A stretch of DNA of 63,877 nt, counting the filler, from Reticulomyxa filosa (taxonomy: Eukaryota; Protista; Foraminifera), in NCBI GenBank assembly GCA_000512085.1. It is 20 parts of 20 records of this genome, joined end to end, with 100 filler letters (N's around TTAATTAATTAA, not from the genome) between each part and the next. Parts side by side here need not be neighbours in the genome. Positions count along the whole stretch, not along the records: positions 1 to 18,485 come from ASPP01015765.1; 19 more parts are not named here. One strand, written 5' to 3'. This document shows, in pieces, positions 1 to 10,589 of this stretch. A program made the position numbers and the translations under genes. Under the pieces are notes generated by a model, which worked only from the letters and a program-made list of their open reading frames with translations, did no database searches and was not told where the DNA came from. Position 1 is the stretch's first letter; each line of letters begins with the position of its first letter.

Positions 1-1700
1 ATCAAAGTTGTAAAAGCAGCAGCCAAGTTCGATACCAAGAGAAGGATTTGAATAATTGTCAAGTTCTCAAGTAAATCTCAATTTAAATTGAATAAATTTC
101 ATATGCTCATCATCCCCCAACCTTGGTGATTACACCATTCAAGCCAAAGAGCTTAAGTGTTATTGCTCACACATTCTCTAGCAATCTAAGAACAGTCTAT
201 GTTCATTTTGCTGCGAATGTGAATGTGCAACACTTGCAACAGCTGTTTAGACTATGGCTATTCAGTTGATCAAGTAAAATGATTCAACAGAATACCAATT
301 TATGGTTACACTGTCCAAAGCTGAAGATGTGATGAAGATCCTTGATGACAATGAGATCCAGATTGGATACTCCATGGCACTGATGCTGTCAACAATTGAA
401 TGAAAACAAAAGAAAATAACACGAACCCTCAAAGGAAAAAGAAAAGGGCAAATCGAAAGAAGGACAAGAAGAATAACAATAACAAAGTGGCAGGACAGAA
501 ATCAGTTCATAAGCCACAAGAAAACAAAAAGATGCTGATGAAATCTCATCATTGAAACGTGAAATTAAAGAGATGAAAGCAGCGTTCAAGAGATGATAAT
601 ACTCGTGCAATCACTAGATCAATAGATGAAGTTAATATATCAAATACTGGCATGAGCAGTGATATGTTGATCTTCCAGAACAATATCAACGGATTTTATT
701 CCAAGTTCCAGATACTAGAACAAAACCCGCATCACAAGCAATCACATATTTGCTTATTGCATGAAGAATTCAGATCAAAGAAGGAAGTATCTTTATGTTC
801 ACCACTGGATTATTATGCCGACCGTCTCATAGTATTTAGAGAAATGTATTGATATATAAAATGAGAAATAAATTTAAATTAGATGGTGTATTGATATCTT
901 CTTAGCATATCGACTTGGGAGAGTTATATTGAATGGAACTATTCAGATTGGATGGAATTCAATACTGGAGTCCTCAAGGATCTGCTTTATCCCCAATATT
1001 GTTCCTGTTGTACATTAATGATTTACCAACAGTGGTCCATCAACCTATTCAATGTGGAATGTTTGCTGAACATTAATATTCACAAGTGATGTTGATGAAA
1101 TGATTGATCAATTGCAATCATTGCAAAGTCGAATAAATTGAAGATGTTGATAAGGCGCAATGCATCACATCAGAACAAAAAGAAATTCCCAAAGATGAAT
1201 TTGACATTACTTATATCCATCAAAGGAATCAGACTAAGTTTATCTACGTACAATCTATTATACAAAACCATCATCCGTCACAGTTTCGAGTATGCAATCT
1301 ACATTTTGGAATGGTGCAGCAGACACCATAAGAGACGATTGGAGCGTATACAAAGATTGCAATGTATGATGAACCAGACTGCTTCCTCTTGAATGGCAAC
1401 GAAGACAAGAAGTGAAGTTGTACCACAAGTGTATCAGGGTCAGTCGATTCAATGGTCATAATCTTGTATTGCATACAAGATTTAGAATGAATCAAGACCA
1501 AAGACACATCTAAATTATATCTCATGGATTGTCAAACTATCGACATTATCCCGTGGACGTATCCATGCAGCTGAGGCTGGAGTGTCGATAGTTGAACCTG
1601 ATCCAGTACTGTGTTCTATTTCTTAGAACGAGGTGCTCTTTTAACTTGAAAGACCTGAGTTTATGCAGGTAGAGAGTGCAAAAAGAAGTGCGAGTTGATG
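1..1700 (+). mobile_element. Degenerate APE-type non-LTR retrotransposon (LINE): ORF1 remnant, AP-endonuclease N-terminus, RT C-terminal half
   Basis: 652-852 reads MLIFQNNINGFYSK...HICLLHE (APE motifs I/II). ~967-1027 reads G(V)PQGSALSPILFLLYINDLP, then GMFA at ~1056-1068 (RT core). ~1255-1300 reads LYKTIIRHSFEYA (RT thumb). Many stops, frameshifts and deletions. Confidence 0.85.
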
Positions 1701-1756
1701 ATGAAGCGAGGATAATCCGACGACTCTGATGGTCTTGTATAATATATTATGTATAT

Positions 1757-2400
1757 TACATTCGGAAACTCCATCCAAGTATGAATACCAATAATTCAAT
1801 CATTGCATTGCCACCATTCTTTAACATTTTACTTTGGATGTTATCTGGACCTTGAGCTTGTTTGTAATTTTTTTCATCCACATCTTTGGAGGCTATGAGG
1901 TTCTGCAAATGTCTTTGCCAATAGATATTCTACTTGTTCACTAATACCGGAATAAATATCTTATTGATGTTCAATGAATAAATTTCTTGTATTCACTTCA
2001 TGCAGCGAATTAATGCTGTTTACCACGGCTTGTTGCTTTCCAAATCGTCCTGATACCAATTATCGCTTCTCCAGCTTCAACAACACATTTGATCCAAGAT
2101 TCGACTGCTTTGTCCTAAGAATCTTAATCTCTCGACACAATTGGATCAATAAATTTTATCCAATTGTCAATATTCCTTTTCAATCTCAATCTAAATTGTT
2201 CCCATTTGTTACTTTTAAAATTCCAAGTCTTAACCTTTTGTCGTTCAATCTGTGGTGAAGACCACGTGGCTTTGATATTGAACGGATTGGGAGACTATCT
2301 GATTGCACATCAATTCAACATCCGTTCTCCAATTACTAATTAATTGAAGAATATACTATGGATATAATGTGATATTAATACTTGCTGTCATGAACTGCAG
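1757..2400 (-). mobile_element. LINE fragment, RT N-terminal region
   Basis: Minus strand ~1863-1760 reads KQAQGPDNIQSKMLKNGGNAMIELLVFILGWSFRM, matching the KAPGPDGI motif of non-LTR RT domain 0/1. Upstream sequence is decayed linker. Confidence 0.75.
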
Positions 2401-2458
2401 TCAAATGTCAATGCATTTATAATATGTAATCCATTTGATAAAAAAAAATTGAAAAAAA

Positions 2459-2630
2459 GTTGTATTTTGAAGGAAGACAAGTACCGAACAACTAGATACT
2501 GCAACATCTAGCAAGAAGTTCGAAGTTAATCTTCGATTATTAACAACGATTTTCGTCATATAACAAACGAAACACCCAAAACGAACAGTCGAACAAAAAT
2601 AATCTTAACAAGAAAGAATGTCGAACAAAA
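2459..2630. repeat. Dispersed non-coding repeat A (LINE-associated), inverted copy at ~26441-26782
   Basis: gttgtattttgaaggaagacaagtaccgaacaactagatactgc...gaagttcgaag and ataacaaacgaaacacc...aacaagaaagaatgtcgaacaaaa match the reverse complement of 26441-26782. A short similar stretch lies at ~5070-5095. Confidence 0.8.
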
Positions 2631-3049
2631 TTGAGATACTTTTCTATTAAATAAGCCGAAATGGCAATATCAACAACATTCATTCACATACTTTTCTTTA
2701 ATAATAAGTGTTTAAATTTTATTTTGTTTTAGTTTGCTTTAATTTGTTAAAAGAGGTGACAGGGGATTAGGTTGAGCATTATCATTGCTTCTGTAATTCC
2801 CCCTGACCATTCCACAGGGAATAGCCAAATTTGTTTTCACAATCGCTGATTGATCTCTCCATTCAACCTTTGAGATTTTATTTGTTTTTTTTTCACTGGC
2901 TGTTGTTGGCGTGAGTTTTTGATATGATTTGTTGATCTTTTCCTTTTTTTGTTTTTATTATAGTACTGTGCTCCTTTTGGGACGAGGTGCTCATTTTAAC
3001 TTGGATAAGATCTTGTTCTTGCTAAAAAAAAATCTCCTTCAATGACAGT

Positions 3050-3478
3050 GATTTTCATAGCATACCGGAATTTAATAGTTCACTAGTATAGTTAACATGT
3101 ATGCCTTACTATTAAATTTGATCCTTGGTTCAATTTCATGTGTGGTATTTTGCCCCCAGTTTTGTGGTTTTGAGCTAGTTAATGTTCTATCGCTTTGTTG
3201 TTATTCTCATTTGTCTTTATTCTTCTTTTTTGATTGTTGAAAATTATGACTTTACTTGTTCTGACCACTGATCGATCATGTTTTGATTTGTTCTTGTCGA
3301 ATAATAATATGGCTTGTGCTAATCTGAATATCCTTGTCTTGAAGAATCTTCATCACGTCTTCATGTTTGGATAATGTCACCATTTACATTTACATTCTGT
3401 TGAATCGTTTCACCTGTTCAACTGAGTAGCCGTACTTTTCAAATATCTCTTTAATTCCTTTCACTTTCCCGAACCAAA
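3050..3478 (-). mobile_element. LINE ORF1 fragment, same family as 1-400
   Basis: Minus strand 3445-3310 (FEKYGYSVEQVKRFNRM..MVTLSKHEDVMKILQDKDIQI) aligns at DNA level with + strand 250-380. 3055-3120 also matches 4610-4690. Confidence 0.75.
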
Positions 3479-3504
3479 CATTAAAATATATATATATGCA
3501 TATC

Positions 3505-3828
3505 TCCCTTCATCATCATTGGCTAGCTAAAAGCCAACAGGGGGTAACATCCAAGCGAAAGGGAGTGGCAAGAATACCAAAATACATCTCCTCATCGCGA
3601 CCCGCATCTCATTAAGATGCGCGGAAAGCTCGCGCGGGCAACGTGCAATGAGCCGCAGGCTCCAAGTAAGAAAAGGTCATTGAAAGCCCTAAAACCCCAG
3701 AAATCAAAGACTTGAACAATTTTTATGTTTATTTTTGTTTTATTTTATTCAATTTTGTAAGTGGTGATAACGTAAAGTATTGAATTTTATCCATTTTAAT
3801 TTGATTGAGATTTATCTTTGAAGCATAC
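3505..3828. repeat. Conserved GC-rich structured element B (possible retroelement UTR or ncRNA), second copy at 27069-27426
   Basis: Colinear similarity to 27069-27426, several hairpins, and one compensatory pair (ttggct/agccaa vs ttgact/agtcaa). Confidence 0.75.
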
Positions 3829-3869
3829 TTACTGAAGAGTCTGACCGTAGTCCCAAAGGGATCCACAGA

Positions 3870-4700
3870 GGTGAGGCAATGACAATATATTCAGTTACTT
3901 TCATAGCATATTGTAATTCTTGCTCGAATGCTTGGATATTGGAATAATCACACTGCAAATTTCGATAGAAACTGCAGAATAATAAGTGTTGATCATGACA
4001 CGAGATTTCCACCCAACACGATTCATAACCAAATACAAGTCATGCTGTTGAATGATCGTGATTATGAATGTAATTTCGTCTCTTGATCTATTACCAACCT
4101 CATCTGCATTAGCGTCGGGTTAATTGATTGCAATAAGAATTTTGATTGCTGGAATGCTACCAATTCACGTCTTAGCGATAAGATTTCATCAGCATTAGAT
4201 TTTTTATTTTGCTTATTATTGTTTTTCCTCTTCTTTGGTCTTCGATGTTCATCTTTATTTTCATTTCCAACTAATCTTTGTCCTTTAGCAGCATCAGTAT
4301 AAAAAGAATTCTTTGCTTGCTACTGCACATTTAATTTGAAATGTATAATCTAATACCTTTCTGGACAGAATATTTTTGTTCTTTAATCCAAGGAACTTAA
4401 TCACCGAAGTAGCTGATTTTAGCTCTATGAGCTTAATTGAGTTACGATAATTGTTGGAGTATTTGCACACATGAATTGTCGTCGAACTTGCATATTCTTT
4501 TTCCACACGTTCTTAAATGTAATATCATCAGCTGTCTTTTCGTCATTGTTTGTGGATCTAATATCCTGAATTTGGCATGTCAATATCATAATTAATTCCA
4601 ATGCCGCCATGCATACCGGTATTTAATAGTTCACTAGTTGTAGACATGTTCGTAAGTGTAGTTAACATGTCTGCGCTACCATTAGTATTTTGTCTCAACA
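3870..4700 (-). mobile_element. LINE fragment: ORF1 remnant plus AP-endonuclease middle region
   Basis: Minus strand ~4030-3875 reads GYESCWVEISCHDQHLLFCSFYRN...EYIVIA, typical APE strands truncated just before GDFN. The upstream part shares sequence with 3055-3120. Confidence 0.7.
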
Positions 4701-6551
4701 TATCTTGCAATAAAGCCTATTATGGTAAAGACATCTTGCTTCGGCCGTCCGGATCGCCTTTACAAGACTTGTTATCAGCTATTGTGTTTCTGTTTTGACC
4801 AAAGTCAGTTTAAGTTACCATACTATCGTAGTTCTGCCAAACACAAGAGACTGTTATTTGCCTCGAAAATGCTAATTTCCCGAAATCGTCAAACACTCTT
4901 AATGCTAAACAATTATCGATACAATATCACTCAAGCATCCAGTTTCCAGTAAAAGAGTTACTATCAGTTAACAGTAGTTTGCATCTACAATTAAAGTAAT
5001 TTATGACAATATACAATGTAAGTTTAAAAGCACTTCCACATATCAAAGTCACACTACACTAAATGCTGAACAAACGACGAAACCTAAAATAAACTGCAAC
5101 AAAAAACGTTGCAGCAACAACAGTAAACCAACAATAATCAATGTTAAAAAAAGTCTGATTCACAAACACAAATTTATTATACAACAAAAGAAATAGAATG
5201 ATATTCAAATAATTTAAAAAATACATTTAAATTGAAACTAAAATATTATATAAATATATCCCCAAATTGTATGTATATGTCAATTGCTTCTACTCCAACA
5301 CTTGCCATTTTTCATCTACAGGTCAAGTGATCTAATCGCGTACTGGTGTTCAAAATTGAAATAATCTTTACAATATGCATACTGACATTCAACGCTGAAA
5401 TCGTCATACTTCTTATTATTGATTAAAATCACAAATAATAATCTAGAACAAACAAGTAATTCATCACATTAGCTGCAACACCACCAATAATCATTTCTTC
5501 ACCTCGTCATTTCATGAATCTTTACAATGTAAATTGTTTCATCGTGGCAAACTTCGTATACAATCGACATCAATTGATCATCAACTTCAATAATGTGATT
5601 CACATTTATTTAGTACATTGTGCAGATCTTTTCGAGAAGCACAATGTCAATAATTCCAGCTCCTCATCAGCGCGAGCATTGCATAAGTTCTTGTAGTAAC
5701 TGCAGTCTTTGAAATATATGCTCAAATTGTTCGACTATACCAACGAAATAGCCTGTTTTATCTAGGTACCAAATACATATCATTCAATAAGTGGATAATC
5801 TGCTTCAGTCTACTTAGCAAATATTATTGTGGAAAGATAACAAAAATGCTTCAAGTAATGCAAATCTGCATGATGACAGTAAGATCACATATGAACCTGA
5901 TTCAAACTCAAAAATTCTTGTTCTCGTCTGACCCTCTCATAAAACCCCACACGAATCAAATCGACTTTTCCGCTTAAATAAGCAAATTACATAAAAGAAA
6001 ATTTGACTTATAGTAATTTTTTTGTGTGATGTGATATTAGCAAGGTATTTCGAGTGATCGATTCATAAGTGTCTTAAGTTACCGTGTTAACACATTCGCT
6101 GTTCCTCGTGATAATTTACCGTAAATTAGCGTCCACCTTTTTGTAGTGTGTAAGTGTATATCACCAACATCTTTTTTTGCCTTCATACGACCAGTGAAGT
6201 TGTCTGTCGATCCATAAATATAAATCGCTACTATTTGTCTATACCAAATCGTAGATGTAAGCAGCCAAGACATGACATAATTTGTTCTTGCAATTAATTC
6301 TCATAATGCAATAGCGTGTTCCACAAGAGATTGCGTTATAAGGATTTTATTTCTCAAAACTAAAAAATCACCTGTTGCATACTTTATAATTGATATTTAT
6401 GATTTAAAATGTTTGCATTCTTTGCTTCTGATATAAGGACTGTGCAAAACCCTTTTTGTTGCTTGCAACAAACGTTCATTCCTTTTTTTTTTGAATTGTC
6501 TGTTACTTTTTTTGTGTTTCTAAACTTGAGATACTTGAAAGAGAGAAGCGA

Positions 6552-9500
6552 TATGCCAAAAGAGAAGAAAAATTTTGACTGTGTAGCTGTTACTCCCAAC
6601 ACAAAACATCACTCCAAGTTTGTTCAAATAAAAACAAGTAAATCCACTTTATTGTTTGGTGGGGACAGTGGGGTGAGAATATCTATTTGATTTAATTTTT
6701 TTTTGCATACTCAAAAAAATAGATCTGTCGCATTACAAGTTAAATACTTTTTTTTTTTTGGAGTGACATTAAAAAAAAAAAAGGATTGGATAGCTGCATT
6801 TTGGCGTAACGCAAGCTGGTTAATTCTAGCGTGTGCATTGATAACGTATCCGAAAGGTGGTCATTGTCAATGTTCAAATCCACAATTTGCGATTCCATCT
6901 CCTCCCCAGTATGATTGCAGTCGAGTAAATTTGACTTTAGCAAAAGGAAAATTGATGAAAGTAAGTGAGTATTGGAAGACTCTTGGGTATCAGCAATCTG
7001 CTGCAAATATGGATCATTTCTTAGAAAATACAGGAACAAGTGTCCAACTCTCCGTGGAGTGGACAAAAAAATATACTCAAAGCATCATCCAAAATATTGT
7101 ATTGGATAATACAAGAGTATTGTTGGGGTGGAATTACAAAGAAAATGTATTTTCAGGTGTGTTAAAACGTGGTTTAGAATTGAAAGATGGCACTTGTTCG
7201 ACGAACAGAGAGTGCTTGACATGGACTGACTCTCATAATATTGGATTTATTCCTAACGATTTCTTTTTTGCAGTGGGTGGTTATACGTTTTATTCGGATG
7301 GAGTTGGTTGCTATTGTAGAGATGGGGACCAAGTATTGTTTGACTTACATATCACTCACATTCTTTATGATTATTATGATTTTAATCCCAATGAAAATTT
7401 TTTTTCGATTGCTGGAGAGTTTCGTTTTTATTTGCAAAAAAAACAAATAAATAAACAAAAAACTTTAAAAAAAAAGGGACCCATTTTGTTTAGCTCAAAA
7501 TGGTATGGCAAAGAATTTTATTCAAACATCCTCTTGGACACAAGATTTATGTGGAACTGTGTCCAAAAGAAGAGTTGGTAATGCATATTTTGGAATCAAC
7601 GTGGAGTATGGTGATTGCAACATTGGATGCAAGAAATCTTGGGCGATGGTGATTGACTACACTGGTTCGTTTTTGTTTTTGTTAATTTTGGGAGGAAAAA
7701 AAAGATGGTTTGTTTTTGTAATGTATTCTTTTAATTATGTTGGTTGAAAGGATCAATGAGCAGTAGTATAGCAGCAGTAAAATCAATATCAACGACATTA
7801 GTAAATGAAATTGAGAATACAACGCTCAAACCTTATTTGTACATTTTATCGTTATTCAATGATCCTCCAAGTTTAAATAAGATATATACGACGACAAGTG
7901 GAGATGAATTTGTAAATGCATTGAATGCAATCAGCGTAAATGGAGGAGGAGATTGTCCTGAATATTCAATGAGTGGTATTTTAAATGCATTGACGTATGC
8001 AGACAAATTTTCAACGGTATTTTTGTTTACGGATGCGGAAGCCAAAGACGCAGATATAGAGCCCACAGTAGCAGCAAGAATTGCACAAAAGCAAATTACA
8101 CTGGTTGGAATTTTAGCTGGTTCGTGTTATTCATCTCGTCGTCGTGAATTGGAAGAAAGAAGAAGACTCTATAGTGCAAGTTCAACCTACACAGATCTTG
8201 CACTTGGAAGTGGCGGGTTTTTGGTCTTGTCCTCTCAAAGTAAAGTGTCCAGTATCATTGATGTGATGAAGCCATTGTTATTAACCAGTGGAGTGGATGT
8301 GTGGATCTCGAACAGTAATTTGAAGACATTTACAATGCAAGTGTGGATTGACCAAACCATTTCGCAATTCACAATTACAACTACTTGTAGTTCCTATGCG
8401 TATCCAGTAATGAATATAACAAGACCAGATGGCTCCAAATGGTCATTTTCCTCTTCTTCCTCTACTTCTTCTCAAAATTATTCCAATGGAAAAGTTGTGT
8501 CTTCTGATTCATTGATGCAAGTCCTTGTCAACATCGAAGACGATAGTTGGACCAATGGAACATGGAGAATTGACGTGACAACATTATTAACGAATCCAGT
8601 CGCAACGACAAAAGTGTTTTGTAATTCTCAATTGTCATTTACATTTTCATTGGAACAAATGATTACAGATGAATTTGAAAAAGTGTCTGGAAATCTCCTG
8701 GTCTCGAATGCAAAAATGTTTCGCATTATTGCTTTGCCAACGGGGAATACCTCGCTACTCAATGACGTTCAATTTATTCAATTGTACCATCTCAATGGGA
8801 CACTATTATATCAGCAAGCTGCTTTATTTTCCGTGCAAGGGTATTACGCTGATTTCGACGTGCAAGGAAATATGTCGCCACAAGATAGTCTTCGAGTTGT
8901 TGTGATTGGAACAATAGCGACATCTCATAATACAAAATTCACTCGCGTTTTGAATCAAGTCATTTCTTTTTCCGCAATTGAGATTGTTGCTCATTGGGAA
9001 AAAAATACAAACATTTCAGGATTTCAAATTCAAATTGGATCGATTTATAAAATTCCAGTGAATATTACAAATTTTGACTCTTCTTATCAAAGTATTACTC
9101 TCAATGTGGATATCTCTGGCAATACCACAGTCACTGGTAATGTATCGGCTAGCACTCTTTGGATGGCTCCTTATTCCAATCAAGCGATTACTTTGATAAT
9201 TGTTGTTCCAAATGATCAAAATCTTGAAGAATCGCAATTTGTTCTGACTTTACTCGCGTCCACAACGAGTGGTACATTCAACTATGTTGCACAATCCTTT
9301 CATGTTAGCACGAAGATAGATCCAACTGCAAAATCTCCAACATGTATTGTTCGAACAAATAATTTCACTCAAGCTTGTTTTACAAATGATCAAATGACCA
9401 CAGAATCTTGTCAAAAAAGTGTTTGGAGTGCACATGTTCATTTGAATTCCAACACTTCCGCAATTGACTATGTTTCTTTGGTCACGGACCGTATGGATTT

Positions 9501-9994
9501 GCTTCAAAGCGCAAATATCACTGCATTGCCAAGTTTTGCTTTTGTTACAAACAAAAAAAAAAAAAGATAACAATAAAAACACTAAAATTTTCAAACAAAC
9601 AAAAAAAGGATCTAATTACGATATGGAAGTGTGGATTACTGCTGCGTGCTGCATCAACACGGCTGTCTCCGTGACAACAGTCAGTTTGCAACAGTTATCT
9701 TCAAGTTGCAATGTTGGTTTTGATGGATGTCTCTTGAAAGATTTCAATTTAAATAAAACTTTACGCAGTGGCGAGGAATACACTGGAGATTGCGATGCGT
9801 TGCTGAACGATACTCAATCACTTGGAAATATGTCAATCGCGTGTCTTCAAGACAATGTATTCACAAACTGGAGTAGTAATTGTCACTATCAATTTCTTCA
9901 ATCCACAAACAACGACAAGTCATCTTCAAAAAAATTAATGAGTGTTGAAGTCATTATAAGCATTGTCTTTGGATGTCTTGCGCTTCTATGGTAA
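6552..9994 (+). CDS. Secreted or membrane-anchored vWA (VWA7/hemicentin-type) protein with a possible colicin-M-like N-terminal domain; multi-exon
   Basis: Hydrophobic signal WLILACALITYPKGGHC. Introns 7419-7476, 7665-7750 and 9533-9608 join ORFs 6703/7505/7744/9464 in frame, restoring MIDAS VIDYT-GSM. Also GGGDCPEYSMSGI, LFTDA.AKD, a beta-rich stalk and a C-terminal TM VIISIVFGCLALLW. The first and last exons are uncertain. Confidence 0.8.
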
Positions 9995-10589
9995 TGAATT
10001 GTTACTTTTTTCAAAATGTTTGATTTTCAAAAATATGTTGAATTTTTTTCTTTTCAAGTTGGAATGATGTATTGCGTCATTCCATTACACCCAAAAGGCA
10101 ATAAAATAGAAAAATTATTCTGCTAAAATCAATTCAAATATCTTCTTTTTTGTTTCTTTTCACGTAGTGTTACGCTGTCAAATCACCAGTACTACAACAA
10201 GTGCATATATATCATGTTTAGCAATAAAAGTTGAAAGAAATCACCTCAACTTTCAGTACGTACTATTAATCTTTTTCTTCATTTATTCAAAAAACAACTC
10301 GGCATTTATTACTTTAAGAATTCAGTATTTGTCATAAAAAAAGGGGTACCGTTTACGTTGTTTTTCTCCTAAAACAATTAGTTGTGTGGATTTAATATCA
10401 GAATATCAAGGCTGTCGAGTCTACATGACAATCACAATTATTGTTGCCTCTTACAAAAGATAGACTCTTTATTGAAAAAGGATCGGTTTACAAATTGAAA
10501 CTTGAGGGAAATTATAATTGATGAAAGGAATATGGAGCAAAAAAATCAATACAAAACAAACAAAAAGACAAAAAAGATGAAAATCAAAA

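Noticed and set aside
3505-3700. Hammerhead or HDV ribozyme call for element B
   Set aside because: GAAA and TGATGA-like words occur, but there is no CUGANGA-stem-GAAA core or nested double pseudoknot on either strand. Kept only as an unclassified structure.
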